From an uncultured Verrucomicrobiota bacterium (GTDB lineage: Bacteria > Verrucomicrobiota > Kiritimatiellia > CAIQIC01 > CAZMXS01), in the NCBI GenBank assembly GCA_964570325.1, contig CAZMXS010000011.1, forward strand, positions 23,287-87,286: DNA of 64,000 nt, written 5' to 3'. Each line of letters opens with the position of its first letter. Position 1 is the first letter of the stretch. Below, piece after piece: positions 1-9,784 of this stretch. The position numbers and the translations under genes were made by a program. The notes beneath the pieces are model-generated. The model did not search any database. It was given only the letters and a program-made list of their open reading frames with translations, and was not told the origin of the DNA.

Positions 1-223
1 CGAGATCGAGTTCGCTGTCCATCAACGGCGCCCAGGTGCGGATCGTGTTGAAGCCGGCGTCGCGGATGCGTTCGAAATCGGCGCGCAGAATCTGGGGCTC
101 GAAGGACCGTTTGAATGGCAACTGTCCCGGCCGGCAGCCAGGCTCGTAACCGACCCCAACCACGAGGAACTTTTCGTTGCCAACAAAGATCTGGTCGTTC
201 TGAATCGTCACGGCGGGAAACAT
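1..223 (-). CDS. glycoside hydrolase, N-terminal fragment (runs off window start)
   Basis: Minus-strand ATG at 223-221. Translation MFPAVTIQNDQIFVGNEKFLVVGVGYEPG...ADFERIRDAGFNTIRTWAPL resembles the start of TIM-barrel glycoside hydrolases (GH5/GH42-like GFNxIRxW). Family assignment is tentative. Confidence 0.4.
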   Translation of the reverse strand, partial: MFPAVTIQNDQIFVGNEKFLVVGVGYEPGCRPGQLPFKRSFEPQILRADFERIRDAGFNTIRTWAPLMDSELDL

Positions 224-312
224 GGGTTCGCTCCTTTCCGATGGCGCGGGGCTTGGGATGCGGCAGCCTGACAAAAGCGCGGCGGCAAGCAATGACAGAC
301 TCCGCCAGCGTT

Positions 313-1206
313 TCATGCCGGCACCGTTTCTTCCAACCATTGGAAAATCCGGGCGACGGCGCGCCGCTCGCGGCCGTGGAAGCCGTGGTCAGCGCCCGGC
401 GTCAGTTCGTAGTCCAACCGGACCGAGCGCGTTTTGGCCTTGAGGATAAGGCCCATCTCGGCGAGCGGGCGGCAGGCGTACTCCTCTCGGGCACCGAAGA
501 GCACGAGCAGCGGCTCGCGGATGCGGCGGAACAGGCGGAGCGGGCCGGCGTAGTTGAAAACCCCGGCCTCCGGCGAGCGCGGGTCGGCGATGCTGAGAAA
601 GCGGCGGGCGCTGAACGACTGGCAGTCGGCGGGCATGGGCGCGCCGCCGCGGCCGGCGGCCGCCAGCCGGCGCGCCTGGCGCAACCGCCGGGCATATTTG
701 GGGCCGAGATCGCGGCGGCAGATCGCATAGTCATCCGCCGGTCCGAGCAGGACCAGCGCCCGCACGCCGGGATCGCGGCGGAGCGCTTGGTAGTACACGG
801 CTTTCTGGCAGCCGGTGCTGTGGCCGGCCAGGATAAAGCGGCGATAGCCGGCGCGTCGGCCGAAGCGAATCGCCGCCGCGATGTCGGCCAGGCAGTCGCC
901 AAAGCGCTCCGTCGCTGTCGCGGCGTCGGCGCCGCGGTTGTTGAAAAGCAGCACGGCGCGACCGCGCCCGATTGCCTGGCGCAGCAGTTCGCGCTTGAAA
1001 TAGGAGTGATGGAAATTGCTGTGCATGCCGTGGATGAAGATCAGCAGGCGGTCATCCCCGCCGGCGTTTCGGGCGCGCCGGCGCGCGGCGGGGGTCAGAA
1101 ACCCGTCCAACGGCCGCCGGCCGCGCGGCAGGGGGATATGCACCAGCGCGCCGGGCAAAGGCGGATATGCCGGCGGCGCGCGCCGCTGTTTTTTTCTTGT
1201 TGCCAT
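313..1206 (-). CDS. alpha/beta-fold hydrolase (serine hydrolase, GHSTG nucleophile elbow)
   Basis: ORF-track frame 313..1692 is trimmed to the internal ATG at 1206 (MATRKKQ...). The protein carries FIHGMHSNFHHSYF and the GHSTG motif. Upstream of 1206 the frame overlaps the divergent plus-strand genes. Confidence 0.6.
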   Translation of the reverse strand: MATRKKQRRAPPAYPPLPGALVHIPLPRGRRPLDGFLTPAARRRARNAGGDDRLLIFIHGMHSNFHHSYFKRELLRQAIGRGRAVLLFNNRGADAATATERFGDCLADIAAAIRFGRRAGYRRFILAGHSTGCQKAVYYQALRRDPGVRALVLLGPADDYAICRRDLGPKYARRLRQARRLAAAGRGGAPMPADCQSFSARRFLSIADPRSPEAGVFNYAGPLRLFRRIREPLLVLFGAREEYACRPLAEMGLILKAKTRSVRLDYELTPGADHGFHGRERRAVARIFQWLEETVPA

Positions 1207-1278
1207 TGCTTGAGCGGTTCGTAGGACTGCGCTATTTATAGGCCAACGCCGCAAGGCGTGGCAAGAAAGGGTGTAATC

Positions 1279-1839
1279 ATGGAGCCAGGCGAAACAACGG
1301 TCAAACCGGCATTCGGCGTCGGCACCCTTGTGGTGCATCCCAATCATGGACGGGGCCGTGTGGTCGGCTACGAGGACAGGCGCTACGTGGTGGTTTTCAT
1401 CGGCGGTGAGACACGGCGGATTCCGTTCCACATGCAGGAACTCAAGGCGGAGACGCTGCTGGGCGATCCGCAAACGGATATCTTGAAGCAGGCGGTGCGC
1501 GAAGTGCTGGCGGATCAGGGCTGGGTCGCGGCGGAGGTCGAGATGGCGCCGCGCTGGCAGGGTGGAATGTTGCGGCTGATTCCCGGCCGCGAAGGCACCC
1601 AACCCAAGGAAATTCCGCTGGAGGTTTTTTTCAGCAAGCTGATCGGCATTCGTGAGAAGCTGCGGGTGCTGGAGCAGAAGATCAACAACCATCCCAAGCT
1701 GGACGCCGCGGATAAACTGGAACTGGAGGGCTATATTACCCGTTCGTATGGGAGCCTGACTTCGTTCAACCTGCTGTTTGCGGACAAGGACAGCCAGTTC
1801 AAGGGCGCTGGCCGCGCGGGCGCGGAGGGCACGGCATGA
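1279..1839 (+). CDS. conserved hypothetical protein (DUF3553-like N-terminal beta-barrel motif)
   Basis: ORF 1258..1839 (GTG start). I prefer the ATG at 1279 (MEPGETTV), which has an AAAGGGTG SD-like sequence 8 nt upstream. The GVGTLVVHPNHGRGRVVGYEDRRYVVVF motif is present. It is divergent from the hydrolase gene. Confidence 0.5.
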   Translation: MEPGETTVKPAFGVGTLVVHPNHGRGRVVGYEDRRYVVVFIGGETRRIPFHMQELKAETLLGDPQTDILKQAVREVLADQGWVAAEVEMAPRWQGGMLRLIPGREGTQPKEIPLEVFFSKLIGIREKLRVLEQKINNHPKLDAADKLELEGYITRSYGSLTSFNLLFADKDSQFKGAGRAGAEGTA

Positions 1840-2327
1840 AACGGGGTTTGAAGATTCGCAATGCCAGCTTTGCCGACGCGCGCGAGATCTTCGCGATGAT
1901 CAAACGGCACCCGGATGTCCTGGTCCCGCGCCCGATGAGCGATATCCTGGAGAACATTGACCGTTTCATCGTGTGCGAACACGCCGGCAAGGTGGTGGGC
2001 ACCGTCTCGTGGGCAATCCTGCCGGAGATCGGATCGGCCAAGCATCCCTCGGTCGAGATCAAATCCGTGGCCGTGGACGCGGCCTACCGGAAGCAGGGGG
2101 TGGGCGCGGCGCTGGTGAAGAAGGCCATCGGCCGGGTGCGCAAATTGACGCCTGAACAGATCGTCGTGTTGACGTTTACTCCGGCCTTTTTCCACAAGCT
2201 GGGCTTCCACGAGGTGCCGAAGGAAAAGCTGATGTATAAACTGTATACCGGCTGCCTCAACTGTTCCAAATATGATTCGCCCTTCACCTGCCCCGAGGTG
2301 GCGATGAGCCTGGTCCCCGGCGGTTAG
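1836..2327 (+). CDS. GNAT family N-acetyltransferase
   Basis: ATGA overlap with the upstream gene stop. The acetyl-CoA-binding motif VDAAYRKQGVGAALVKKA is typical of GNAT/ArgA-short proteins. Confidence 0.7.
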   Translation: MKRGLKIRNASFADAREIFAMIKRHPDVLVPRPMSDILENIDRFIVCEHAGKVVGTVSWAILPEIGSAKHPSVEIKSVAVDAAYRKQGVGAALVKKAIGRVRKLTPEQIVVLTFTPAFFHKLGFHEVPKEKLMYKLYTGCLNCSKYDSPFTCPEVAMSLVPGG

Positions 2328-2424
2328 CGCCAGCGTGGACGCCGGGCGTTTGTCTGGGGCGGAGCAGACGAAAAAGATAATCGCGGCCAGCGCTTTGGCT
2401 CATTCGCGTGGTATAGTACATAAC

Positions 2425-3453
2425 ATGATGCATTATCGCCGTTTGTCCTACGCCTCCGGTTGCCGTTGGCTGGGATGTTTGGCCGTGACGGGTTGGGGTT
2501 TCGCTGCCGTTCCGGCCTGGGCTTGGAGCGGGCGGTTGCACATGGACATCAGCCGCGCGGCGGCGCAGGTGGTGCCGGATGAAATGGCGGGCCGGCGGAG
2601 CTACGCCGGCTTGCTGGCCGGCCATGCAATTGATCCCGATTTGTGGAAGGCGGATGATCCGGCGGAGGGGCCGCGGCATTACATCGAACCCGAGCATTTG
2701 CGGCCGCTGAACCTGGCTGACCTCCCGCCGCGTCTGGATGATTATTACCGGCGGGTCGGTTATCGCCACCCGAATCTGACCGGTATCGCGCCCTGGGTTA
2801 TCGCCGAAACACAGACGCGGCTGACTGCGGCGATGCGCGCGGGGGACTGGTCGAATGCCACAGTGCTGGCGGCGGCGTTGGGACATTACGTGGGCGATAT
2901 CCACGAACCACTGCATTGCACGGCGGATTTCGATGGCCAGCTCAGCGGGCATTCCGGCATCCATATTCGCTGGGAGATGAATGCCGTGCCGGCGTATTGG
3001 AAGCGCGGCTGGCTGCGGCCCGAACCCGGCCGCTATCTGGATGATCCCTGGGGGACGGCGCTGGGCTGGATGACCCGCGCGCATGAGCGGGTTGGAGAAA
3101 TATTCATGGCCGACGATGCGGCGCGCGAAGCGACGAGCAACGACGTGGATTCCACGCAGTACCTTGCGCGGGTGTGGGCGGAATCCAAATCATTGACCAT
3201 TGAGCAGATGAACGCGGCGGCAACCGCCTTGGCGAGTCTGTGGTACACCGCCTGGGTGGACGCCGGCCGGCCCGCGATTCCGCCGCCGCCGGCTGATTTC
3301 GAGCGAGCTTCGATTCACCGGCGCGGGCGGACGACGCGGTGGACGCCGCATTTGGGTGTCATTCTGGGATGTCTCGCGGTGGGTTTTGCGCTGATTGTCC
3401 TGCTGGGCGGCCGCGCCCGCCGTCGCCACCTGCGCGCCCGGGCCGGTGTTTAA
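2425..3453 (+). CDS. S1/P1-family zinc nuclease (phospholipase C / P1 nuclease fold) with signal peptide and C-terminal TM anchor
   Basis: Internal ATG at 2425 gives a signal peptide (MMHYRRL...AVPAWAW). The mature start WSGRLH matches the P1-nuclease W1/H6 zinc ligands. HYVGDIHEPLH matches the plant/fungal S1-P1 HxxGDxHQPLH motif. There is a C-terminal hydrophobic helix, LGVILGCLAVGFALIVLLGG. Confidence 0.6.
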   Translation: MMHYRRLSYASGCRWLGCLAVTGWGFAAVPAWAWSGRLHMDISRAAAQVVPDEMAGRRSYAGLLAGHAIDPDLWKADDPAEGPRHYIEPEHLRPLNLADLPPRLDDYYRRVGYRHPNLTGIAPWVIAETQTRLTAAMRAGDWSNATVLAAALGHYVGDIHEPLHCTADFDGQLSGHSGIHIRWEMNAVPAYWKRGWLRPEPGRYLDDPWGTALGWMTRAHERVGEIFMADDAAREATSNDVDSTQYLARVWAESKSLTIEQMNAAATALASLWYTAWVDAGRPAIPPPPADFERASIHRRGRTTRWTPHLGVILGCLAVGFALIVLLGGRARRRHLRARAGV

Positions 3454-3553
3454 GACGCGGATGGAAGGCCGGCCACGGGCTTGCGCACGCGGCGGCATGC
3501 ATTGTGGTGCGTGGGCCGGGCGCCCCGCGCTACGGGGAACCGGCGGGATTGGA

Positions 3554-6500
3554 TTAGTCGTCTTTGACGGCGAAGTGCCGACGGCAGAAAGCCGAGAAGG
3601 AATCCGCCAGGCTGTACATCACCGGCACGACCACGAGGGTCAGGATGGTCGCCAGCGACAGGCCAAAGATCACGGCGACCGCCATCGGCGCCCACCATTG
3701 GCTGGATTCGGCGCCGGCGACGAACTTCCACGGCCAGGTGTGAATATCCAGGCTCCAACCGATGGCCATCGGAATCAGGCCCAGCACGGTGGTACTCGCC
3801 GTCAGCAGAACCGGCCGCAAGCGGAGGCGGCCGGCGGTGACCGCGGCCTCGGTCGCCGTTAATCCCTCGGCATGCCGTTTCAGCGTGCAGTCCAGCAGAA
3901 CAATTGCGTTGTTGACGACCACGCCGGCCAGGCTGATCACGCCCAGCCCGGTCATAATCACGCCGAAACGCATGCGGCAGATGACCAGCCCCCACATTAC
4001 GCCGATCGTGGATAGAATGACCGACACCAGGATGATCGCGGGATAAACCACCGAGTTGAACTGGATGACCAGGATGACCACAATACCGGCGATGGCGAGC
4101 CAAAAGGCCTTCATCAGGAATGCGCTGGATTCATTGAGATCCTGATTTTCGCCCGTATAGCGCACCGTGTAGCCGCGCGGCAGGGCCACTTCCGCCACGC
4201 GTTGCTGGATGTCGCGCAGGACGGCGTCAATGCTGCGTTCCTCGATGTCGCCGGTGATGGTGACGACACGCTTCTGATCCTTGCGCTTGATGTTGCCGCG
4301 TCCGCCGGTATAAACGATCTGCCCCAGCGAGGTCAGCGGCACCGTCTGTCCGGAGGACAGCGGGATGAAGATTTCCTCCAGCAGGCCGGCGCCTTGCCGG
4401 AAATGCAGGGGCAGGCGGACAGTAATATCATACTCATCCTCGCCGGCGCGGAACTTGCTGCTTTCAATGCCATAGATAGCCGACCGCAGGAAGTTGCCGA
4501 CCGCGCCGGTGTCCAGCCCCAACAGGGCGGCGCGCTGGCGGTCCACGCGGAACTGAATTTCCGGCAGGGCGTCCTCCAGGTTGTCCTGGAGATCCACCAG
4601 TCCAGGCACGTTCTCGATGGCGCGCTTGATTTCCGCGGACAGGCGCGCGAGTTCTTCAAACGATTCGCCGGCGATTTCGATGCTGATGGGCGCGCCAGTG
4701 GGGGGGCCGTGCTTTTCACGGTCCACCTTGGTTTCCGCGCCCGGAATGAGGCCGATGTCGTCGCGCAGCGTCTCGACCAGCGCGAGCGTGTTTGTGTGGC
4801 GCTCGTCTGCCGGCCGGAACTCGACTGTCAGCACGCCGATGTGCGTTCCCGATTCGCCCATGCCGGCGCCGGCGGTCGCGCCGACATTGCTGAGATAGAA
4901 CTTGATGTCCGCATACTTGGCCAGCTTCCGCTCGATACCGCGGATGGCGGCGTCTGTCTTGAGAATGTCGGCGCCCTGCGGGAAGCGCACCTCGATGGTG
5001 GCGCGGCGCGGCTCGGTGTCGGGGAAAAGTTCGATTCCCCGGCCGAAACGCCCGTACACCAGGAAACTCAGGATCAGGACCATGAACCCGGTGAGCATGA
5101 TCAGGCCGCGGTTCTTCAGCGCGCCGCGCAGAAACTGCTCGTAGCCGGCGACGAACCAGTGGTCGCTGACGATCTCGCCGCTGGCGTCGTGCCGCACCTT
5201 GCGCTTCTGCCCGTGGATGAAGATCGAGCAGATGGCCGGGTTGATCACGACGCCGACAAACAGGGAGGCAGTCAGCGTGATGATCAGCGTGCGCGGCAGA
5301 AAGTTCATGAACTGGCCCATGATGTCCGGCCAGAACAGCAGCGGAGCGAAAGCCGCCAGCGTGGTCAGCGTGGAGGTGATCACCGGCCAGGCTACCTCGG
5401 AGGCGCCGCGCTTCGCGGCTTCAAACTTGGACAGCCCCAGCGTGCGGTTGCGATAAATGTTTTCCACGATGACGACGGCGTTGTCCACCAGCATGCCGAC
5501 CGCCAGCACCAGGCTGAACAACACGATCATATTCAGTGTCAGGCCATACAGGTTCAGGACGGTGAAAGACAACAGCATGGAAAGGGGGATGGCCATGCCG
5601 ACGAAGAGCGCGTTGCGCCAGCCCATGAAAAGCAGGATGACCACCACCACCAGCACGAAGCCGGAGAATATGTTGTTCTCCAGCTCTTTGATCATGTCGG
5701 CGATAAACTCGGATTGGTCCATGATGATGGTCAGCTTGATGCCCGGCGGCAACTGGAACCGATCGAGCAATTGCTTGATATCCCGGATCATGGCGACCGT
5801 GTTGACACCGGAGCGCTTTTTGACCTGGATGGAAAGGCATGGCTCGCCGTTCAGCCGTGAGATGGAGGACAAATCCTTGTATGTGTCCGTTACCGTGGCG
5901 ACATCAGTCAGGTACACCGGTCGGCCATTGCGAACGGCGACGACCAGGTCCCGGAGTTCGTTCACCAGGGTGAACTCGCCCGGCACGCGCACTTGGAACT
6001 TGCCGCCTGTCATTTCCAGGTTGCCGGCGGAGACGGTGGAATTCTCGCGCCCGATCAGGCTGATCACGGCGGCAATCGGGATTTGCTGGGCGATCAGGCG
6101 GGGCAGGTCCACCTCGACGCGGATTTCGCGCTCGCGCGCGCCATAGACCGCCGCCTGCTTCACGCCCGGTCGGGCTTCGATCTGGTCCTGCAAGTCGTCC
6201 GCCAGGTTCTTCAACCGGGTCAGGTCCGGATCGCCCGAAAGCGCGAAGATCAGGACCGGCGAGTCCGTGCTGAAATTGAAAGCCTCGACGGTTGGCTCAT
6301 CAAGATCCTGCGGCAGGTCCGGCGCCGCCAGGTCAATCTTGTCCTTGACCTTCTGTTTGGCGGCATCCATGTCCTCCTGGGGCGTAAACTCGATCATGAT
6401 CATCGTCACGCCCTCGGCGGATGTGGAATTCATCTCCTTGACGTTGTCCAAATCGTTTAGCTTTTTCTCCATCGGGATGGTGACCAGATTTTCCATTTCC

Positions 6501-6670
6501 TCCGGCGAGGTACCTTCATAGACGGCCGTCACGAAGACATAGGGGATCGTGATGTCCGGCGCGCCTTCGCGCGGCAGATCCACGTAGCTGATGATCCCGA
6601 TGACGACGGCGGCCAGGGAAAAGACGATTACCGCGGTCCGGAACTTGATGGCGTAATTGGTTAGCAGCAT
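3554..6670 (-). CDS. RND efflux transporter permease (HAE1/AcrB family)
   Basis: 1038 aa with 12-TM AcrB-like architecture and large periplasmic loops. ATG at 6670. Confidence 0.9.
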   Translation of the reverse strand: MLLTNYAIKFRTAVIVFSLAAVVIGIISYVDLPREGAPDITIPYVFVTAVYEGTSPEEMENLVTIPMEKKLNDLDNVKEMNSTSAEGVTMIMIEFTPQEDMDAAKQKVKDKIDLAAPDLPQDLDEPTVEAFNFSTDSPVLIFALSGDPDLTRLKNLADDLQDQIEARPGVKQAAVYGAREREIRVEVDLPRLIAQQIPIAAVISLIGRENSTVSAGNLEMTGGKFQVRVPGEFTLVNELRDLVVAVRNGRPVYLTDVATVTDTYKDLSSISRLNGEPCLSIQVKKRSGVNTVAMIRDIKQLLDRFQLPPGIKLTIIMDQSEFIADMIKELENNIFSGFVLVVVVILLFMGWRNALFVGMAIPLSMLLSFTVLNLYGLTLNMIVLFSLVLAVGMLVDNAVVIVENIYRNRTLGLSKFEAAKRGASEVAWPVITSTLTTLAAFAPLLFWPDIMGQFMNFLPRTLIITLTASLFVGVVINPAICSIFIHGQKRKVRHDASGEIVSDHWFVAGYEQFLRGALKNRGLIMLTGFMVLILSFLVYGRFGRGIELFPDTEPRRATIEVRFPQGADILKTDAAIRGIERKLAKYADIKFYLSNVGATAGAGMGESGTHIGVLTVEFRPADERHTNTLALVETLRDDIGLIPGAETKVDREKHGPPTGAPISIEIAGESFEELARLSAEIKRAIENVPGLVDLQDNLEDALPEIQFRVDRQRAALLGLDTGAVGNFLRSAIYGIESSKFRAGEDEYDITVRLPLHFRQGAGLLEEIFIPLSSGQTVPLTSLGQIVYTGGRGNIKRKDQKRVVTITGDIEERSIDAVLRDIQQRVAEVALPRGYTVRYTGENQDLNESSAFLMKAFWLAIAGIVVILVIQFNSVVYPAIILVSVILSTIGVMWGLVICRMRFGVIMTGLGVISLAGVVVNNAIVLLDCTLKRHAEGLTATEAAVTAGRLRLRPVLLTASTTVLGLIPMAIGWSLDIHTWPWKFVAGAESSQWWAPMAVAVIFGLSLATILTLVVVPVMYSLADSFSAFCRRHFAVKDD

Positions 6671-6685
6671 GGCGCGTTCACCCGG

Positions 6686-7759
6686 TCAAGGGGCCGGTGT
6701 CTCCGGTGCGCGGCTGACCGCTACGGGGCTGCCGTCCATGACGGATCGAGCGCCCTCGACAATCACCTCTTCGCCGGCGTTCACGCCCGTCGCGAGCACG
6801 GCTTCATTGCCCAACAAGGCTTCGATTTGAACCAGTCGGCGCTCCGCTTTGCCGTCGCGGTGGATGAAGACCACGTATTCTCCTTTTTGGGGAACGACAG
6901 CGGTCAGCGGCACGGCAATCGCGTCCGGCCAGACGCGGCGCTCGAGACGCACCCGCGCGATCATGCCGGGCTTGAGCCGGTGGTCTGGATTGGGGATCGT
7001 GATTTCCACGGGAAAGGCATTGTTGTCCCGCCCGGCGGCCGGGGCGACGAAGCTCACCCGGCCGGTGAAGAGGACACCGGGCAGCGCGTCGGCCGTCAAC
7101 TCGGCCGGCTGGCCATTGGTTACGGCGCGGATGTCGCGCTCCGGAATGTCCACGCGGACTTTCACGGGGTCAATTCGCACAACCCGGAACAGCGGCATCC
7201 CTTCCGTGGCATACGCGCCGCGCTCGACGAAGCGGTCGGCGACCTGTCCGGCAATTGGGCTTTGGACGCGGCATCGGTCAAGCTGCACCTGGGCCTCGTT
7301 CCGGGCGATGCGGGCCAGTTCCTGGCGGGTCCGGATGTCTTCGTAATCGTTGACTGACACGGCCCCGGCTTTCTTCAATTCCTCCCAGCGGTCGAGATCT
7401 TTCTGGGCCTCGCGCAGATCAATTTCCGATTTGTCGTACAACGCCACCCAGGTGCGATCGTCAAGGCGCAGCAACAACTGGCCCGCCGCGACGGCGTCGC
7501 CCTTTTCCACCGCGATTTCCATGATGGCGCCCGGTTTCTCCGCGCCCAGCGTCACATCCACATCCGCCTCCACGCGGCCCGGGAGATTGGCGATGTCCGG
7601 CAGGGGGCGGGGCATGATCGCGCGGACGGCGACCGGCACCGGTCGGGCCTCGGGCCGGACCGTTTTTTCTTTCGGTTTGCGGATGATCACGAGCAGAATG
7701 ATCGCAATCACCACCACGGCCAGGATGACGATGACCACGAGGCGGGACGGCTTTTTCAT
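6686..7759 (-). CDS. RND efflux membrane fusion protein (periplasmic adaptor, HlyD/AcrA family)
   Basis: Trimmed to the ATG at 7759 (MKKPSRLVVIVILAVVV... signal anchor). Lipoyl/beta-barrel adaptor motifs are present. There is an ATGA overlap with the upstream OMF gene. Confidence 0.85.
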   Translation of the reverse strand: MKKPSRLVVIVILAVVVIAIILLVIIRKPKEKTVRPEARPVPVAVRAIMPRPLPDIANLPGRVEADVDVTLGAEKPGAIMEIAVEKGDAVAAGQLLLRLDDRTWVALYDKSEIDLREAQKDLDRWEELKKAGAVSVNDYEDIRTRQELARIARNEAQVQLDRCRVQSPIAGQVADRFVERGAYATEGMPLFRVVRIDPVKVRVDIPERDIRAVTNGQPAELTADALPGVLFTGRVSFVAPAAGRDNNAFPVEITIPNPDHRLKPGMIARVRLERRVWPDAIAVPLTAVVPQKGEYVVFIHRDGKAERRLVQIEALLGNEAVLATGVNAGEEVIVEGARSVMDGSPVAVSRAPETPAP

Positions 7760-9126
7760 GGGGTTGAATCCTCGACGGCTTCCAGGGTGTCGGCGCCGCA
7801 GGCGTAGTGCAACTGGGCGACGGCGTTCATGTGGTTGCGCAAGGCCACCAGCCATGTCAGGCGGGCGGTGCTCAGCGCCAGGTTGGAATCGGTGAATTCG
7901 AGGTAAGTGGCCAGCCCGGCGTCGTAGCGGGTGCGGGCGATGGCCAGGCTCTTCTCCGCCAGCGCGATATTCTCGCGGTTGGCGTTGACCGTTTCCTCCG
8001 CATGCCGCATTTCGAGGTAGGCTTGCTGCACCTCCAGCGCCACGCCGCGTTCGAGTTCGGTCAGGTTCGCGCGCGCCTTTTCCAGCTCCAGCCGCTTCTC
8101 GAAAATACGGGCCTCCCGCAGTCCGCCGTCGAAAACCGCCCAGTCGAGGACCAGGCCGGCGTTCCACCCCCAGCGCCAATCGTCATTGCCCGCCGCGCCA
8201 TACGGCGACGGGCGCTGGCCCTCGTACGCGGCGCGGGCGCGCAACTGTGGCGCGTAGCGTCCCTGCTCGGCGCGAATATCGGCTTCCCAGAGGCCGATCA
8301 GCTTTTGCTGCTGCCGGACCTCGGGCCGTTGCCGGCGCGCGCTCGCCTGCAGCTCCGCCAGCGGCGCGTCCCACGGGACAAAGGCCAGTTCGCCCCGCAG
8401 ATCGTATTCGGTCTCGTCCAGATGGATCAGATTGCGGAACGCGGCTTTGGCGATTTCCAGATCCTTGCGCGCGGCGATCAGCCGGGGTAGCTCGTTGGCC
8501 AGCCGGACGCGCGCGCTAAGCAAGTCGAACTCCGAAGCCGTGTCATGCTGGAAGTGCGCCTCGGTTTGTCGGACGAAGCCCTCGAGTTGCCGCGTGGACT
8601 CTTCCTGCACGGTCACGTTGGCCCGCGCCAGCAGGATGTTGTTGAAAGCGGTGGTGATGTCGCGGATGAGCTGCCGGCGCGTCTGTTCGACGCCGATGCG
8701 CGCGCGGTCGCGGTAAAGGCCGGCGGCTTTCAGCGCCGCGGCGACGGATCCGCCGGAGAACAGCAACTGGCTGGCCTCCGCCGCGACGGTGTAATTATCG
8801 AGCTGGCCGGTCTCGATTTCCTCGTCCTCGACCGCATAGCTGGAAACCTTGTCCAGCCGCGTATAGTTGGCTTTGCCGCTCAGTTGCGGAATGATCTGCG
8901 CCCGAACCTGCCGGATCTTGGCGCCGGCGATGGATTCGTCGCGGAACGCGTTGCCCAGCGTCACGGCCCGCTCCAGTCCGATGGCCAGGCAATCCTCAAG
9001 GGTGAACACCGCCGGAGTATTGGTCGCCGGCTCCGCGCCAGCCAGTGTGACCCCGATGGCCATCAGGAGCGTCGCGCTGCGCCACACGGCCGCCGTGCGG
9101 ATTGAGTTGGACGCGGGGCGTTTCAT
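7756..9126 (-). CDS. outer membrane efflux protein (TolC/OMF family)
   Basis: Trimmed to the ATG at 9126 (MKRPASNSIRTAAVWRSATLLMAIGVTLAG signal peptide). Two-repeat OMF coiled-coil architecture. ATGA overlap with marR. Confidence 0.8.
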   Translation of the reverse strand: MKRPASNSIRTAAVWRSATLLMAIGVTLAGAEPATNTPAVFTLEDCLAIGLERAVTLGNAFRDESIAGAKIRQVRAQIIPQLSGKANYTRLDKVSSYAVEDEEIETGQLDNYTVAAEASQLLFSGGSVAAALKAAGLYRDRARIGVEQTRRQLIRDITTAFNNILLARANVTVQEESTRQLEGFVRQTEAHFQHDTASEFDLLSARVRLANELPRLIAARKDLEIAKAAFRNLIHLDETEYDLRGELAFVPWDAPLAELQASARRQRPEVRQQQKLIGLWEADIRAEQGRYAPQLRARAAYEGQRPSPYGAAGNDDWRWGWNAGLVLDWAVFDGGLREARIFEKRLELEKARANLTELERGVALEVQQAYLEMRHAEETVNANRENIALAEKSLAIARTRYDAGLATYLEFTDSNLALSTARLTWLVALRNHMNAVAQLHYACGADTLEAVEDSTP

Positions 9127-9584
9127 GCGTCGGCCTGCAGTTCCGCCAGCATCTGCTCGTGCACCCGCACAAAGACCGCCCGATCGGCGGGCGAGACGCG
9201 GCGGCAAAGCCGCGCGAGGGTACGGCGTTTTTCATTGGCCAGGTGCCGCAGCGTCCGCCGGCCCTTGGGGGTGATGACGGCCAGCACCGCGCGGCGGTCG
9301 CGCGGTGAGCGTTGCCGTCGGAGCAGGCCGAGGCGGGTCAGCCGGTCCACCAGGCTGGTGGCGGTGGAGGGGCTGATCTGCGCGGCCAGGGCGAGCGCGC
9401 GCATCGTGCAGCCATCGCGCTCCGCGATCTCGGCCAGGGCCCAGAGTTGGGGCAGGGTGATCAGGCCGCGCGCCAGGTAGTTGCGTTCCCGACGGATGAG
9501 CGCGCGCATGAAACGCGGCATCAGCGCCGTCATGCGATCAGCAAATTCCGTTAGTCCGAGGCCGCTGGAAATCGGGGCGCGCAT
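9123..9584 (-). CDS. MarR family transcriptional regulator
   Basis: Winged-HTH MarR signature, TMRALALAAQISPSTATSLVDRLTRLGLLRRQRSPRDRRAVLAVITPKGR. Start chosen at the ATG at 9584 (153 aa). An alternative ATG at 9614 lies inside the tandem repeat. Confidence 0.75.
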   Translation of the reverse strand: MRAPISSGLGLTEFADRMTALMPRFMRALIRRERNYLARGLITLPQLWALAEIAERDGCTMRALALAAQISPSTATSLVDRLTRLGLLRRQRSPRDRRAVLAVITPKGRRTLRHLANEKRRTLARLCRRVSPADRAVFVRVHEQMLAELQADA

Positions 9585-9589
9585 AAAAT

Positions 9590-9620
9590 TACGAGCATCG
9601 AAATGTACGAGCATCGAAAT
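9590..9620. promoter_or_regulatory. 15-bp direct repeat x2 overlapping a sigma70-like promoter upstream of marR (candidate MarR operator)
   Basis: TACGAGCATCGAAAT at 9590..9604 and 9606..9620. On the minus strand, TTTACA (9630..9625) - 17 nt - TACATT (9607..9602) resembles a -35/-10 pair. The repeats overlap the spacer, the -10 and the region up to the marR ATG at 9584. Confidence 0.35.
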
Positions 9621-9784
9621 AATTTGTAAAGGGCGGATTTGCGGAAAATGCGCCGGCGGCATCCGGCGGCGGTTGAGGGCGAGTGGGGCGGTCAGCCGTT
9701 GACCGGCCCGCCGGCGACGCGCGGGCCGGGATGCGCGGGATTCCAGATAAACGGCATCCCGCAACGACCCCGCGCGGGATCGCT

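Noticed and set aside
115-1224. 369-aa plus-strand ORF rich in Arg/Ala/Gly
   Set aside because: It lies antisense to the alpha/beta hydrolase and overlaps it entirely. It is a typical high-GC shadow frame with no domain signature.
4202-5860. 552-aa plus-strand ORF
   Set aside because: It is antisense to the RND permease. Its low-complexity D/G/A/R composition marks it as a shadow ORF.
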